From a virus (Duplodnaviria; Heunggongvirae; Uroviricota; Caudoviricetes): DNA of 6,364 nt. A program made the position numbers and the translations under genes. The stretch lies in the IMG/VR virus record IMGVR_UViG_2537561713_000009; one strand, given 5' to 3'. This document shows, piece by piece, positions 4,303-6,364 of this stretch (the first letter of the stretch is position 1; every line of letters begins with the position of its first letter). The notes below the pieces were generated by a model. It was not told the origin of the DNA, ran no database searches, and was given only the letters and a program-made list of their open reading frames with translations.

Positions 4303-5394
4303 ATGCGTGATTACGCAAAAGTTTCTCCGCGATTCTGGCTGGGAGAAACGGGGAGAGAACTTAGAAAGGCGGGTGCAGAAGCGCAAGTTGTTGCTTTTTA
4401 CCTGATGACATCCCCTCACGCAAATATGCTGGGTTTGTATTACCTGCCAGTTTTATACCTTGCTCATGAAACCGGGCTTGGTCTGGAAGGGGCTTCAAAG
4501 GGGCTTAAAAGGGCTGTTGAAGCTGGTTTTTGTAGCTATGACCATGATGCAGAGATGGTCTGGGTCCATGAAATGGCAGCCTGGCAGGTTGGGGAAACGT
4601 TGAAGCCTGGCGATAACCGTTGTGCAGGTGTCAGGAATGAGTATGCATCATTACCTGAAAACGCTTTTCTGTCAGTGTTTTACGACAGATATAAAACGGA
4701 TTTCCATCTGGATGTGAGGCGGAATAATAGCCGAAATTCGGTAAGGGGCTTCGAAGGGGCTTTTAAGGGGCTTCGAAGCCAAGAACAGGAACAGGAGCAG
4801 GAGAAAGAACAGGAACAGGACAAAAACACTATGGTTCATGGCAAAAAAAACACCACGAACCAGGCAGGGGATGTTCAGACCGTCAATCCTGGTCAGCCAG
4901 CAGGCACGACACCGGAAGCCGATTCGGGCGCTGTGCAGCAGGTGATGACCGCAGGGTCGGAGCAATCACACCAACTGCAGCAGCCTGAAGCCGATTCCGC
5001 CATTCAGCGGGAAGCCGATCGGGTAGTCCCGGAAAGCACCGGGCAGTCTGTGGGACGAGTGGATTATCCGGATGTGTTCGAACAGGTCTGGCGGGAATAC
5101 CCGTTGCGTGCTGGGGCAAACCCGAAGAAATCCGCTTTCAGTGCCTGGAAGGCCAGATTGCGCGAGGGGGTGCCACCAGAGACCATGCTGGATGGTGTGA
5201 GGCGTTACGCGAGATACCTGGCGGCGACCGGGAAAGCGGGAACGGAATTTGTTCAGCGAGCGACGACGTTTTTTGGGCCGGACCGGAATTTTGAAAACCC
5301 CTGGTTGCTCCCGGTAAGCGGCACGAACAACCAGCGTTGTGTGAATCATATTTCTGAACCGGATACCGAAATTCCGCCGGGATTCAGGGGGTGA
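4303..5394 (+). CDS. Phage replication initiator / replisome organiser (YdaU-like, DUF1376-type N-terminal domain, disordered linker, conserved C-terminal domain), 363 aa
   Basis: Track ORF 4192..5394 has an N-terminal extension with no SD. The ATG at 4303 has GAGG 5 nt upstream. N-terminal domain (VSPRFWLGETGRELRKAG...YYLPVLYLAHETG), EQ-rich linker, C-terminal motif block (FEQVWREYPLRAGANPKKSAFSAWKARL). Immediately followed by a DnaC-like gene, as for lambda O-P. Confidence 0.8.
   Translation: MRDYAKVSPRFWLGETGRELRKAGAEAQVVAFYLMTSPHANMLGLYYLPVLYLAHETGLGLEGASKGLKRAVEAGFCSYDHDAEMVWVHEMAAWQVGETLKPGDNRCAGVRNEYASLPENAFLSVFYDRYKTDFHLDVRRNNSRNSVRGFEGAFKGLRSQEQEQEQEKEQEQDKNTMVHGKKNTTNQAGDVQTVNPGQPAGTTPEADSGAVQQVMTAGSEQSHQLQQPEADSAIQREADRVVPESTGQSVGRVDYPDVFEQVWREYPLRAGANPKKSAFSAWKARLREGVPPETMLDGVRRYARYLAATGKAGTEFVQRATTFFGPDRNFENPWLLPVSGTNNQRCVNHISEPDTEIPPGFRG
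4487..4515. repeat. Iteron-like direct repeats, cluster 1: three 11-bp-phased copies of AAGGGGCTT (third copy AAGGGCT)
   Basis: AAGGGGCTT at 4487..4495 and 4498..4506, AAGGGCT at 4509..4515, all inside the replication-initiator gene. Confidence 0.6.
4743..4775. repeat. Iteron-like direct repeats, cluster 2: three exact AAGGGGCTT copies at an 11-bp period
   Basis: AAGGGGCTT at 4743..4751, 4754..4762 and 4765..4773, followed by the hexamer repeat and an A-rich tract. Confidence 0.65.
4783..4818. repeat. Hexanucleotide tandem repeat (GAACAG-like, 6 units) encoding an EQEQEQEKEQEQ linker
   Basis: GAACAG GAACAG GAGCAG GAGAAA GAACAG GAACAG, in frame within the initiator gene. Confidence 0.8.
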
Positions 5395-5400
5395 TGTGGC

Positions 5401-6147
5401 ATGAAAAACATTGCGGCAGCCGGGGTTCTTGAACGTATTCGCAGACTTGCACCACAGGCGTCGGTTCCACCGTACCGGACGGTGGAGGAGTGGCGGGAAT
5501 GGCAACTTGCTGAAGGACGAAAACGCAGCGAGGAGATTAACCGCCAGAATCACCAGTTGCGGGTGGAAAAAATCCTGAATCGTTCGGGCATCCAGCCTCT
5601 GCACAGCAAATGCTCGTTTGCGAATTATCAGGTGCAGAACGACGGGCAAAAATACGCGCTGAGCCAGGCCAAATCCATAGCTGACGAACTGATGACCGGG
5701 TGCACGAATTTTGTGTTCAGCGGTAAAACCGGCACCGGGAAAAATCACCTTGCAGCGGCGATGGGTAACCGGCTGATGGCGAAGGGGCGCAGCGTGATTA
5801 TCGTCACCGTGTCTGATGTCATGAGCGTGTTGCATGACAGCTACGACAACGGCAAATCCGGGGAAAAATTTTTACAGGAGCTTTGCAGTGTTGATTTGCT
5901 GGTCCTGGATGAAATAGGCGTTCAGCGGGAGACGAAAAACGAGCAGGTGGTATTACACCAGATAATTGATCGCCGGACAGCATCACTGTGCAGTGTCGGG
6001 ATGTTAACAAACCTGAATCATGCCGCAATGAGTACACTTCTTGGTGAGAGGATTATGGACCGCATGACCATGAACGGTGGTCGATGGGTGACGTTTAACT
6101 GGGATAGCTGGCGTCCAAATGTCAGCAATATGAGGGTTGTGAAGTAA
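5401..6147 (+). CDS. DnaC-like helicase loader (AAA+ ATPase of the DnaC/IstB family; lambda P-position analogue), 248 aa
   Basis: Walker A FSGKTGTGKNHLAAAMG (compare E. coli DnaC GKPGTGKNHLAAAI) and Walker B LLVLDEIG. Starts 7 nt after the initiator stop with GGGGGTGA as SD. Same 248-aa length as Rac YdaV from memory. Confidence 0.9.
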   Translation: MKNIAAAGVLERIRRLAPQASVPPYRTVEEWREWQLAEGRKRSEEINRQNHQLRVEKILNRSGIQPLHSKCSFANYQVQNDGQKYALSQAKSIADELMTGCTNFVFSGKTGTGKNHLAAAMGNRLMAKGRSVIIVTVSDVMSVLHDSYDNGKSGEKFLQELCSVDLLVLDEIGVQRETKNEQVVLHQIIDRRTASLCSVGMLTNLNHAAMSTLLGERIMDRMTMNGGRWVTFNWDSWRPNVSNMRVVK

Positions 6148-6168
6148 TTTTGTCCGGAGGAAATTTTA

Positions 6169-6364
6169 ATGGAAACCGTATCTGACGCACTGAAAGCACT
6201 GAAAAAAGCCTCTTCACATGTGGTGGCAGCTCGCCTTGGAATCAGTCGTGAAGAGGCTGTCAACGAGCTGTGGGAACTCAAAATAAATGGCGTCGTTGAT
6301 AAAACTGGTCACACCTGGTTTCTGGCTGGCGAAGGTGAATCCCGGGTAACCGAAGAGCGGCCAG
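6169..6364 (+). CDS. Hypothetical protein, 5' portion only (runs off the window end)
   Basis: ATG at 6169 with GGAGG 6156..6160. Open frame [65 protein letters not shown]... continues to the window edge; absent from the track because no stop is reached. Confidence 0.5.
   Translation, partial: METVSDALKALKKASSHVVAARLGISREEAVNELWELKINGVVDKTGHTWFLAGEGESRVTEERP

Noticed and set aside
4672-5119. Minus-strand ORFs 4672..4965 and 4883..5119
   Set aside because: Antisense to the initiator gene and running through the iteron and hexamer repeats (the latter giving a poly-Leu/Phe artefact).
4966-5835. 289-aa minus-strand ORF
   Set aside because: Antisense to the well-supported initiator C-terminus and DnaC-like N-terminus; Arg/His/Pro-rich translation typical of the reverse strand of GC-rich coding sequence.
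5819-6281. Minus-strand ORFs 5819..6037 and 6018..6281
   Set aside because: Antisense to the DnaC-like gene and to the start of the next plus-strand gene; no supporting signals.

Overview
This window reads as the immunity, early-regulation and replication core of a lambdoid prophage of the E. coli Qin/Rac type; all calls are from reading the sequence and recalled family knowledge, with no searches run. Centre: a 133-aa XRE-family repressor (minus strand, 2371..2772, no peptidase domain) faces a Cro-like gene (plus, 2881..3153) across three 15-bp operators. Immediately downstream of the repressor, in the slot where lambda carries rexAB, sits a translationally coupled small antitoxin plus ParE/RelE-family toxin pair closed by an intrinsic terminator; this is the most interesting candidate system. 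Left arm (minus strand): OL operators and a PL-like promoter drive ydfA-like, ydfB-like and ydfC-like genes, then an ~880-bp mostly non-coding spacer and a DicF-like sRNA; dicB would lie beyond the left edge. The spacer holds a convergent 61-aa Cys-Cys-Cys-His ORF, and the ydfC-like gene continues in the -1 frame after an A7 run. Right arm (plus strand): YdaS-like Cro, YdaT-like protein, an unassigned 169-aa ORF, a DUF1376-type replication initiator with internal 11-bp iterons (candidate origin), a DnaC-like helicase loader and the start of a further gene.
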